Positions 17,176 to 26,174 of a stretch of 40,922 nucleotides of DNA are shown here, one piece after another. Where the stretch lies: NCBI GenBank assembly GCA_964458965.1, contig CAYWMR010000001.1:1-40922 (forward strand), given 5' to 3'. Under the pieces are notes generated by a model, which was not told the DNA's origin, made no database searches, and worked only from the letters and a program-made list of their open reading frames with translations. Source of the DNA: an uncultured Terracidiphilus sp. (GTDB taxonomy: Bacteria; Acidobacteriota; Terriglobia; Terriglobales; Acidobacteriaceae). Positions within the stretch are counted from its first letter, which is position 1. Every line of letters begins with the position of its first letter. A program made the position numbers and the translations under genes.

Positions 17176-20100
17176 CTAATTCACGGTAAGAGTAAACGTC
17201 GTCGTGCCCGCGGTTACCGCGGGACTTCCGGTCCCGGTCACTGTGAAGGTATAAGTGCCGGTGGTCGTTCCCGCGGCAGAGTTGCCTGAGGGAGCTTCCC
17301 AGAAGTCGCCGCATGCGGACAAAATGCTGAGCGCTGCTAACGCCGCAATGGCGCACAGCATCCGTCTCAAGGTACGCCGCCGTGCCGGGATCCCCAGAAA
17401 TACGACGAATGCCAACGCCGTGCTTCCTGCGCCTAGCCATGTTCCGTGGTTGGAGCGCGGGCGCATCAACTGTGTGGTGGTGGCAGCGGTGGTGGTGATG
17501 GTGGCCGTCACCGTTCCGCTCGTATTTGTAGAGCTCAGCACCACTGTTGAGGGCGAGATGGAGCAGGCGGGCAGGTCTGCCGCGCCCGATGGAGAGGACG
17601 TAAGCGCGCAGGCCAGCGTGGCGGTTCCCGCATAATTGCCCGTCGCGGTTACCGTGATGGTAGAAGACCCCGACGTCCCTGGGGAAACCGCAGTCGTTGC
17701 CGCTGCCGAAATCGTAAACGTTCCAGAGGAAGTGGACCCGGTTACCGTAACGCCCGCAGTGCCGGTGGCAGGGGCATAATTCGTGTCGCCGCTGTAAGCG
17801 ACCGAAAGCGTGTCACTGCCCGCGCTAAGACTGTTGGCTGGAATCGTAAAGGTGTACGCTCCGGCTGCAAGCGTCTCCGCGGAAGAAGTGTAGCCGCCTC
17901 CGGAAAGCGTCACCGTGCCTGTCGGAGTCACTCCGCCGCTGGATGTTGAAGCCACGATCACCGCGACGTTGAGGGCGCTGGCCGCGCTCACGGTGGTCGA
18001 AGCGGGAGTTACTGTCACCGTTGCTGTCCCGGTGGCTGTAGTGGTGGAGTATCCATTGACCACGTTAGCCACGTTCAGCGATCCGAGGCCGGTGGCCAGG
18101 TCGAATCCAACGCCGGCGCTATAGCCAGACAGAATGCCGATCAGGTCTCCAGTGTGGATCGGGGTGCAGTTGGGGGATTGAATGCCGGGTACGGATGGAT
18201 CGCCCTCAGTTGCGCCGTAGTCGCATGGCATGGCGTTGGTTTCCGTGTCGATGTCGTTGAAGTAGCAGCTATCGCTGGTGGTGGCCTTCTCAGCGCTGCA
18301 GGATGTATAGCTCTGCCTGGCGGCCAATTTGTAGAGCTCGGCGTTGGGGCTTCCCTGCGCTGCGCCCGTCTTCTGATCGATAAGAGCCATAACGCCGGCC
18401 ATAGCCGGAGACGCAACCGAGGTACCGCCCACCTCCTGCGCAAACGGCTCGGAGCTGGTGGTATAAGTGCAAGCCGCTACGGCGGAGACGCAGATGAGGT
18501 AAGAGCTGCTGGAAAGGAAGCCGTCGGAAGCGAAGAACGAAACATCGGGCAGATCGCGCACGCCATCGGAAGGAATGCCAGTAACGCCTGTTTGCCAGGT
18601 GGGCTTGGGCCATCCGTCTGCGACCAACTTGAGGGATTCCCATGCCGGGCCGGTGGAAGTGGTGGTGGAAACGCAACTGGATACGTCGTTGCTGTCGTTC
18701 ACAATGCACCCGCTGGCGCCGCCACTTCCGCCGATCGTGTCCACAAGATAGGACAGATTCACGCCGTTGGTGCTGCCGCCGGTGTTGGTCTGCACGGTCT
18801 GCCAGTTGTTGTACACAAAGTTGCAGCCGGACTCGGGGTCCGTCACTCCTCCAACATTATTCGCATCCGAGCTTGTCGCCCATCCCTCCAAAAAGGTCAC
18901 CGTGAGCGGGTTTGCGCAGGTGTCGTTCCAGGGAACCTCGGGCACATAGCCTTTGGCGCTTGATCCGTTGGCGGCATTGGTCGAGTTCCAATACGGCGCG
19001 GCTGTGCACTCCGATGCTGTCAGAGAGCACCAGTTGAAATCGGTGCCGCCCACGGCTGTGTCGTAAACCGTAGACGCCAGGCCGTTGACCGACAGGCCAA
19101 ACTGCGCGGAAAAGGGATTCCCGCCTGAATCTCCGCCGTCGTCGCAGCTCGCGGAGCCCGCATCTCCGGCGGCCACAAACACAGCGATTCCTTCAGAAGC
19201 CGCGGTTTCCCACAGGTTGTAATACTCCACATTGCCGGAAGTGCCGTTGCCAAGCTCGCACAAGCCGTAGCTTACGTTCATGATGTGAGATATAAGCGGC
19301 GAAGTCCCGACGATGTAGCTCTCAGAGTCGTACAGGCCGTCGTCGGATTGGGAGGCTGGATACGATGAGACCAGGGTAATATTCGCGCCCTTGGCGATCG
19401 ATCCGGCCCACTCCACGTCGAGAGAGTTCTCAATCAGGTCGTCGATGGTGCAGAGTGTAGTGGAATCCGAGCAAACGGTGAGCGGCTGGCTGTTGCCAGA
19501 GACGACCGTGGGTTGGTTGGAAGTGGTGTAGGCGGGAAGACCGAACGTGCTGCGGAACGTGGCGACGTCTGACTGCAGGATGTCGCTGGTCCCGGCAATG
19601 GCTATGGTCTCGCCGGTTCCATCGATCGGCTTGGTCGCGTTCCACAACGGAAGGATGTTGTAGATGGTGGCAAAGTCGTAGGGCGCAACATCTTCCACCA
19701 GGAAGGCGGAACTGGAGCCGCTGGCGGGCACGTTGATGCCGAACTGCGGGCGGGCCTCGGAGGGCCTCGCCGTTGCGCTGCCGGTAGCGGAATCGACAGC
19801 CGGCGCGGGCTCGGAATTGGCGACGCGCTGCCACTTTCCGGTGGCGGAGTCCATCGAGACCTTGCTGCCCAACCGGTGCAGCGGCCGCGGAAAGAAGTTG
19901 TGCAGCGACTTGACCCCAACGACGGCCGGCGCCAGCACTGAGGGAATGCGCGGGTCGCTCATGTTGCCTATATGCTGAACGCCCTTTACTTCGAGGTTAT
20001 GGATCTCGGTGTGGAATGTGCTCTCGACCTGCGCCGCCGACCCGCTGAAGCGAATGGACATTCGATTAGGAGCGACTTCGCCGATGGAAAAGCCGTGGCC

Positions 20101-20502
20101 GGTCAGCCAGTTTGAAATGGCATCGATGTCAGTTTCCGACGGACCAAACTGCGTGCCTACCTGTTCGGGCGTTAGCCATTGATGGAAATTGGGAGAATCG
20201 GGATCGTACTGGCCGGCAACAAATTTATCGAAGGCAGCCTGCCGTGCCTGGTCGCGGCTCAGCACCAGAATCAGGTCGGTCATGGGCAGGTCCGGGGAGA
20301 CCTGGCCACGGTCGTTCCTGGCATTGGCGGCGGGGTGGGTGTTGCCCTTCAGCGTAACGAGATTGTTTTCATCGATCTGAGCGGCGATCTGCACTGCGGG
20401 CGCGGCGGACTGGGCCAAAGCGGTGGTTCGGCACAGCAATGCGCAGAAGAATATGAGGACCGGAGTCAAAGCGAGAAGAGGGAGCGAGCGCATCCGACGC
20501 AT
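17176..20502 (-). CDS. S53 (sedolisin/kumamolisin) serine protease with pro-domain, Ig-like domains and C-terminal TM hairpin plus lipobox
   Basis: Signal peptide; pro-domain (FHQWLTPEQVGTQFG); ENSLDVEW (E/D), AAGDAG (oxyanion D), GGTSVASP (S), FDLATGLGS (Ca site); YSGDTNY Ig motif. AAGGA before ATG 20502. Confidence 0.93.
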   Translation of the reverse strand: MRRMRSLPLLALTPVLIFFCALLCRTTALAQSAAPAVQIAAQIDENNLVTLKGNTHPAANARNDRGQVSPDLPMTDLILVLSRDQARQAAFDKFVAGQYDPDSPNFHQWLTPEQVGTQFGPSETDIDAISNWLTGHGFSIGEVAPNRMSIRFSGSAAQVESTFHTEIHNLEVKGVQHIGNMSDPRIPSVLAPAVVGVKSLHNFFPRPLHRLGSKVSMDSATGKWQRVANSEPAPAVDSATGSATARPSEARPQFGINVPASGSSSAFLVEDVAPYDFATIYNILPLWNATKPIDGTGETIAIAGTSDILQSDVATFRSTFGLPAYTTSNQPTVVSGNSQPLTVCSDSTTLCTIDDLIENSLDVEWAGSIAKGANITLVSSYPASQSDDGLYDSESYIVGTSPLISHIMNVSYGLCELGNGTSGNVEYYNLWETAASEGIAVFVAAGDAGSASCDDGGDSGGNPFSAQFGLSVNGLASTVYDTAVGGTDFNWCSLTASECTAAPYWNSTNAANGSSAKGYVPEVPWNDTCANPLTVTFLEGWATSSDANNVGGVTDPESGCNFVYNNWQTVQTNTGGSTNGVNLSYLVDTIGGSGGASGCIVNDSNDVSSCVSTTTSTGPAWESLKLVADGWPKPTWQTGVTGIPSDGVRDLPDVSFFASDGFLSSSSYLICVSAVAACTYTTSSEPFAQEVGGTSVASPAMAGVMALIDQKTGAAQGSPNAELYKLAARQSYTSCSAEKATTSDSCYFNDIDTETNAMPCDYGATEGDPSVPGIQSPNCTPIHTGDLIGILSGYSAGVGFDLATGLGSLNVANVVNGYSTTTATGTATVTVTPASTTVSAASALNVAVIVASTSSGGVTPTGTVTLSGGGYTSSAETLAAGAYTFTIPANSLSAGSDTLSVAYSGDTNYAPATGTAGVTVTGSTSSGTFTISAAATTAVSPGTSGSSTITVTATGNYAGTATLACALTSSPSGAADLPACSISPSTVVLSSTNTSGTVTATITTTAATTTQLMRPRSNHGTWLGAGSTALAFVVFLGIPARRRTLRRMLCAIAALAALSILSACGDFWEAPSGNSAAGTTTGTYTFTVTGTGSPAVTAGTTTFTLTVN

Positions 20503-20925
20503 AGAGTTTTTCCTTAACATTCGCGCGACGCCAGAAGCATTCTCGCCGAAGGGTGCAAGTGGAGGATCGGAAATGCCATAAATCCTCATCGGTCCAATGG
20601 TCTATCGTAGCAAGTTCGCGCGTCGACGCCGCAGGCAACAGATGCGTGGGCCGGTTCAAGACGAATTCACTCGCCCGGGGCAGCGGCTCACGCGTCGGGC
20701 CTGTCGACCCTCAAGGCCAATTAGATAAACGCAGGAGGCTTCCAAAGCGCTCACTTGGCGAGTACATAGGATTTGACGGAAAATTCCGCGCACCAGACCA
20801 GGATTCACATTTCTGGAGCATGATAATCAAACGTCAAAATGTTCCCTGGGAAGGAACGTTTTCAACACAAAATAGAAAAGCAAGGCAAGGACGCCCGAGT
20901 ACGCGAACCGCAACCCGATTCGCGC

Positions 20926-23900
20926 CTACAGAGATGCCAACCTCTGGTTGGCGTGCCTGGCGCGAGCGGGCATTCCCATGGCTTCGTGTATGGCCACAGC
21001 GTCCAAAAGCAATGCACGCGCTTTGGCCACATCCCCGGAGCCATGGCGGTCAAGCAGCATCTCGGCGTACCACTCCCGCGCCACCGGCTGCAGATGCCGG
21101 TAAGGAGCCTTGTCTGCCTGGTCAATCGCGGTCTGGTGATGGTGTTCCGCCCCAGGCCAGTCTTCGGCGCAGGCTGCGGCAATACCGGCAGCGGTGCGGA
21201 ACCCGGAAACAATGGAATAGGTCCATGCGCCGGTCAGCAGCAGCTCTTCCGTCAGCGGGCGCAGAGCAGCCGCCTCCTTTTTCAGGCCCATGCGCGCCAG
21301 GCCGACAACCGATCTTTCCAGAGCGGTCCACACACCAAGCGGGTTCGATTGGCCGGGAACAGGGAACTTCCAGTGCCGGTTCGACCAGGCCTTTTGAGCG
21401 CGCGGATCGCCCTGCTCCGCAAGAGCCGCAAATAGACAAGCCTCGGAGAGACCGCTGAGATACGATTTCCCCTCAACCTTCATTCCATGTACGTACCAGC
21501 GTTCCGCCTCCGCAAGATCTCCGCGCCAAAGCGCGAAATGACCGCGTTGGAGGCCGGTGGCGAAGTTCCAGCCGACATCGTGCGAACCGCCATATTCCCA
21601 TGCGTCCGCGGTTTCATCCTGCGCCTTCTCAAGTTCTCCGCGCGCCGCGCTCAAGATAGAAGCGCCCATTTTGAGCGCCCAGATTGCCCCATGATGGCCA
21701 ATTCTTTCCGCCTGTGCAATCGCGCTGGGAAGAGCCGCTTCGACTTCGCCTGGCCGGCCGCAGTAAAGAATCGCCCAAAGCCCATAAAACTCCACAGCGG
21801 AGGCGTTCCACGAGTCCCCCGCTGTGCGGAATGCGCTCACCAGCCGGGGAGCTGCCGCCGCCACCTTTTCCATTTGAAAAGATTGGTAATAGTGAATCGT
21901 TTCAAGCAAAGCGGTTGGTCCCTGGAAAGGCGCCTTCATGGTTTCAAGCAATGTTCTGGCTTCCGAGAAGATCCCATCGGCGCTGGCTGGGTCGCCGCCT
22001 GCGCTCATGATAGCGGCCCGCATGGACAATACGCCGCAAAGCAAGCGCGGATCCTGACCCGCCATCTGCCTGTGCGCACGCTCCATGGTGCGATTCGCCG
22101 CTTCGGAATCGAGCCTCCAGGCCTGCAGATAGCTGAGGGCAATGCTGGCTTCGGCCACCTTGGCAAGCGCGCCAACGGCCTCAAACAGATCGATTGCTCT
22201 GCGGTAGCTCTCGATTGCTTCGTCCGGCTTGCCCAGACTCCGCAGGGTCGTAGCCTTCTGAAGCAGCAGGTCGGCGACCCGCAGGCTTGCTTCCCCTTCC
22301 CACAGCAGCAGCGCATGGTCCAGATGCCCCAGGGCCTCTTCGTAGGCCGATCCGGCCCTTGCTTTGCCGGCCGCCAATACCAGATATTTGGTGGTTTTTT
22401 CAGCGTCGCTCATGACGCCGGCCTGGAAGAGATGATGGGCAAGCTGAGACGCCTGTGCTTCAAGATTTCCGCTGTAGACTCGCTCGATGCTATCGGCAAT
22501 CCGCGCATGCAGCCTTTGCCGGCGGGGAAGCGAAAGCGATTCGGCCAGGGTTTGACGTACCAGCTCGTGGACGAAGCGGTAACGCATATCTCGGCCATCG
22601 GACTCAGGCACCACCAGGTGGGCATGCTCGGCCTCCTCCACGGCATTCAGCGCCGCATCCGGGTGGTTGTTCTCCAATTCCTCCAGGAGCCTGAGACTGA
22701 AGCTGCGTCCAATCACAGCGGCGGTGGTTAGCGCGCGCCGGGCACTCTCGCCCAGGCGGTCGAGCCTGCGTCCCAGCACCAGCCGTACCCCCTCGGGCAC
22801 CTGAAGCCGATCGATGCGCAACCCGGGGAGCCACTTCCCGGCCTGGTCGAAAAGCTTGCCTTCCTCTGAGAGATGGCGGAAGACCTCTTCCACGAAGAAC
22901 GGATTTCCCTCCGTCTCCTCAAAGATGACGCGCACCAGCGACGGGGGCGGCGCTTGATTGCTCATGGCCGTGAGCATGTTTTTTACTCCGTCCTGCGCAA
23001 GCCGCCGCAGCGGCATCCTGGTGGCCTGCTTCTGGCGAAGCAGCGTTTCCACCGTTTGCGCAAAGGGACGAGAGACTTCAATCCCCACGTCGCGATACGT
23101 GCAGATGACAAGCATGGGCGTGTTGGAGAGCGTTTGCGCGTGGTGTTGCAGCAACAGCAGCGTTGGCTCATCGGCCCAGTGCAGGTCTTCAAAAACCACG
23201 GCCACCGGGGTCACCCGGGCAGCGCGCTCCACGTAGGAGCGAAACGCATTGAACAGGTACCGGCGTTGCTGCTCGGGCGGAAGCGAGATGGCGGGCGGAA
23301 TGTCGGGATACATATTCCGTAGCTCGGGCATGAGCCGGGCCACTTCAGGAGCATCGTCGCCAAGAGAATGACGGAGGCCTTCGCGAGGCGCCATTCGCGC
23401 AATGTACTCCAGCATTTCGATGAACGGAACGTAGGGCGGCGAGCCTTCCATCTCGTAGCAGTGTCCCACCACGCCAACGGCTCCGCGACGCCTGGCCTCG
23501 TCGAGAATCGCGCGGGCAAGGTGGGTTTTGCCAATCCCCGGCTCTCCGCCGATCAGCACCATGGAGCCGCGCCCGGCCATTGCCTCACCCAGCAGGCGTT
23601 TCAACTCCGCAAACTCCTGTTCACGGCCGATCAGCGGTATGTCGGTCAGTGCGGCCGGCTCCTGCTCCGTGACCGAGGCCGAGGCCGAATTCAGGCGTTC
23701 CAGGTCTGCCCGCACTTCAGCGATTGAGGGGTAGCGCAGTTCGAGCGGCTTGGCCAGCAGCCGCCGGATCAACACCACCAGGCTTTGCGGCAAATCTCCG
23801 CTCAAGCTCGGAGGGTCGCGCAGAATGCCCGCCAGCGTATCGTTGGCTGTTGAGCGGCGGAAGGGGTGCATGCCCCCGAGCAGTTCGCATAACAGGATAC

Positions 23901-24918
23901 CGAAGGAAAACACGTCGGAACGCTGGTCAAGCGGTTCGCCCCTCACCTGTTCCGGCGACATGTAATCCGGTGTCCCGATCATCACCCCGTGCCCGGTGGG
24001 TTGAGGGCCTTCAGGCACCTGCGTTGCCGCGGATTCATCCATCGACAGGGATGAGGATTGCTTCGCCAGGCCGAAGTCGAGAAGCTTCACCATGCCGCTT
24101 TGCGTAACAAAGACGTTGGCGGGCTTGATGTCGCGGTGAACAATGCCGCGCAGGTGAGCTTCGTTCAGGCCATCGGCAATCTGCATGGCAATTTCAAGCC
24201 GATGCGCCAGTTCCTGACCGTGCATTTTTCCGGTGGGCGAAGCGCCGGATTTGACGATCAAATCCCGCAACGTCTCGCCCTCCATCAGCTCCATCACAAT
24301 GAATGGCTGCCCCTCGTGCTCCCCGATCTCGTAAATGGTGCAGATGTTGGGATGATTCAGCAGCGAGGCAAGGCGCGCCTCGCGCACAAAGCGGCGAAGC
24401 GTCGGCGTATCCTTGGCGGATGCTTCCGTCAGGAATTTGAGGGCAACGGGGCGATTCAGCTTCATATCTTCGCCCTTGTAAACCACGCCCATTCCGCCGC
24501 CGCCCAGTATTCCGAGCACCCGATAGTGGGAAACCTTTTGGCCAACCAGGGAGATCGATTCGCCCGGTCTCTCCGGCGCCACTGGCTCGCCTTCGCTGAC
24601 CGGAGTATCGCGAATCAACAGGCGGTAGCCGCGCCGGGCCAGGGTCTCAATGTACCCATCGTCGATAGACGTTTCGCGCAGGGCCGCGCGGAGCTTCAGG
24701 ATTGCGGCATTGATGCTGCGGTCGAACTCGACGACGGTGTCATTCGGCCAGAGCCGATTCCGGATGTCCTCGCGCGATACCACCCCTCCTTTGCGATCGA
24801 GAAGCATCTGAAGTATTTGAAACTGCTGTTCCGGCAGGCGTACGCTGCGGCCTTTTCCCTGTAAATCCGCGGTCTCCAGGTTGAGTTCGAAAGGTCCAAA
24901 ACGAACCACGTTCGGCAC
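20926..24918 (-). CDS. Multidomain regulator: OmpR-type wHTH, Hanks Ser/Thr kinase, STAND-like AAA ATPase, TPR/helical repeats
   Basis: VRFGPFEL...IETLARRGYRL; GGGGMGVVY, VALKFL, HRDIKPAN, DFGLAK, GTPDYMSPE; GEPGIGKT (Walker A), VFEDLHWAD (Walker B), TEGNPFF. GGAG before GTG 24918. Confidence 0.92.
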   Translation of the reverse strand: MPNVVRFGPFELNLETADLQGKGRSVRLPEQQFQILQMLLDRKGGVVSREDIRNRLWPNDTVVEFDRSINAAILKLRAALRETSIDDGYIETLARRGYRLLIRDTPVSEGEPVAPERPGESISLVGQKVSHYRVLGILGGGGMGVVYKGEDMKLNRPVALKFLTEASAKDTPTLRRFVREARLASLLNHPNICTIYEIGEHEGQPFIVMELMEGETLRDLIVKSGASPTGKMHGQELAHRLEIAMQIADGLNEAHLRGIVHRDIKPANVFVTQSGMVKLLDFGLAKQSSSLSMDESAATQVPEGPQPTGHGVMIGTPDYMSPEQVRGEPLDQRSDVFSFGILLCELLGGMHPFRRSTANDTLAGILRDPPSLSGDLPQSLVVLIRRLLAKPLELRYPSIAEVRADLERLNSASASVTEQEPAALTDIPLIGREQEFAELKRLLGEAMAGRGSMVLIGGEPGIGKTHLARAILDEARRRGAVGVVGHCYEMEGSPPYVPFIEMLEYIARMAPREGLRHSLGDDAPEVARLMPELRNMYPDIPPAISLPPEQQRRYLFNAFRSYVERAARVTPVAVVFEDLHWADEPTLLLLQHHAQTLSNTPMLVICTYRDVGIEVSRPFAQTVETLLRQKQATRMPLRRLAQDGVKNMLTAMSNQAPPPSLVRVIFEETEGNPFFVEEVFRHLSEEGKLFDQAGKWLPGLRIDRLQVPEGVRLVLGRRLDRLGESARRALTTAAVIGRSFSLRLLEELENNHPDAALNAVEEAEHAHLVVPESDGRDMRYRFVHELVRQTLAESLSLPRRQRLHARIADSIERVYSGNLEAQASQLAHHLFQAGVMSDAEKTTKYLVLAAGKARAGSAYEEALGHLDHALLLWEGEASLRVADLLLQKATTLRSLGKPDEAIESYRRAIDLFEAVGALAKVAEASIALSYLQAWRLDSEAANRTMERAHRQMAGQDPRLLCGVLSMRAAIMSAGGDPASADGIFSEARTLLETMKAPFQGPTALLETIHYYQSFQMEKVAAAAPRLVSAFRTAGDSWNASAVEFYGLWAILYCGRPGEVEAALPSAIAQAERIGHHGAIWALKMGASILSAARGELEKAQDETADAWEYGGSHDVGWNFATGLQRGHFALWRGDLAEAERWYVHGMKVEGKSYLSGLSEACLFAALAEQGDPRAQKAWSNRHWKFPVPGQSNPLGVWTALERSVVGLARMGLKKEAAALRPLTEELLLTGAWTYSIVSGFRTAAGIAAACAEDWPGAEHHHQTAIDQADKAPYRHLQPVAREWYAEMLLDRHGSGDVAKARALLLDAVAIHEAMGMPARARHANQRLASL

Positions 24919-25087
24919 GTGTGTCTCCAGGGTAGGGGTGGCTGAGAGGAATTCCAGTGGAGTCAATCCTACTATGGCCATGTCTCCAAGTCACCTGTAA
25001 ATCCCTCAAATACAAACGCAAATTGGGAAAAGACGCTTCCAGGCGCAATCTGTTTTTCGCTGCCTGTTCATGACAATCTCCCCCGCT

Positions 25088-25105
25088 CCTCACGGGTTCT
25101 TTATG
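25088..25105 (+). promoter_or_regulatory. Candidate KdpE/OmpR-family binding site upstream of the second kdpE-like gene
   Basis: CCTCACG-GGTT-CTTTATG has two half-sites with 11-bp period and matches the motif at 869-886. Confidence 0.35.
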
Positions 25106-25137
25106 GCAGTCTGGTTAGGCTTTGCAAGGAGAATGCA

Positions 25138-25863
25138 TTGACTACGGAATCACCGGTTGCGGCACAAGGCACCATTCTGGTGGTGGACGACGATACCTCG
25201 ACGCGACGGGCGTTGCGTATGACGCTCACCGGCATGGGCTTCACGGTTGTCGAAGCGGCACGTGGCGAGGAAGCGTTATCGCTGGTCCGCGTGTCGTGGT
25301 TCGATGCGGTGTTGCTGGACGTGGATATGCCCGGAATGGGCGGCGTGGAAACATGCCGTTTAATCCGGCGAGCGATTTCGCGTCTGCCCATCCTGATGCT
25401 TACGGTAATGGATAGCGAGGACGACAAAGAGCTCGCGCTCGACGCCGGCGCCGACGACTACATTACCAAGCCATTTCAATTACGCGAGTTGGCGGCGCGA
25501 TTGCGTTCTGCGGTGCGAAGACGGAATGCGCAGGACACCAACCGCGACGCCCCGATTCGCCAAGGCCATCTCGAACTGGATCCCGTGAAGTATCGTGTGA
25601 TGAAGCGTGGGAAGTCAATCCATCTCACCCCCAAGGAGTTTGAGGTGCTGCATTACCTGATGATGCACGCAGGCGAGCCCATTCCGCACGCTCGGCTGTT
25701 GAAAGCGGTGTGGGGGCCGGAGTATGGCAATGAGCTCGAGTACCTTCGAACCTTTGTTCGCTTGCTGCGCAAGAAGATTGAAGACGATCCGCAGAATCCC
25801 GTTTATTTGTTGACAGATGCTTACGTAGGCTATCGATTCAACGATCAGCAACCGGAAAACTGA
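25138..25863 (+). CDS. kdpE: Second KdpE-like response regulator with no adjacent histidine kinase
   Basis: AAGGAG before TTG; ILVVDDD, LLDVDMPG, GADDYITKPF, EYLRTFVRLLRKKIEDDPQNP...YVGYRF. Clear paralog of 2574-3347. Confidence 0.85.
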   Translation: MTTESPVAAQGTILVVDDDTSTRRALRMTLTGMGFTVVEAARGEEALSLVRVSWFDAVLLDVDMPGMGGVETCRLIRRAISRLPILMLTVMDSEDDKELALDAGADDYITKPFQLRELAARLRSAVRRRNAQDTNRDAPIRQGHLELDPVKYRVMKRGKSIHLTPKEFEVLHYLMMHAGEPIPHARLLKAVWGPEYGNELEYLRTFVRLLRKKIEDDPQNPVYLLTDAYVGYRFNDQQPEN

Positions 25864-25876
25864 GAGAAGTTTTGAA

Positions 25877-26150
25877 AGAGCACGATTTTAATCGTGCCGC
25901 AAAAGCAATAGAATCAACGCTGGGCTTTAGTCCCTGAGGGATGTCTTCGAAAGCTCTACCTCGATATTCAACTTTTTCACCAAGCTGCTTAGTCGTGCCG
26001 CAACAGCCCAGCTTCCGCTTTCAGTAAATTCGCTTACAGTAAACAGGTAGGCAATATGCATCAATAGATGCTTCAACAATGTGGCACTGTGTCAGGGCAC
26101 GACTTTAGTCGTGCCGCAAGGGTCCAGAGGGATGCGGGCTTTAGCCCCTG
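25877..26150 (+). repeat. Cluster of REP-like repeats: one diverged, one half and one full copy
   Basis: GAGCACGATTTTAATCGTGCCGCAA...GGGCTTTAGTCCCTG (about 25878-25936); TTAGTCGTGCCGCAA (about 25989-26003); TGTGTCAGGGCACGACTTTAGTCGTGCCGCAA...GGGCTTTAGCCCCTG (26088-26150). Confidence 0.85.
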
Positions 26151-26174
26151 CGGGAAAATGGTGCGTGAGGCAGA

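Noticed and set aside
25877-26150. Repeats as a possible CRISPR array
   Set aside because: Spacing is irregular, copies are diverged or partial, another copy is dispersed at 7805, and there are no cas genes.
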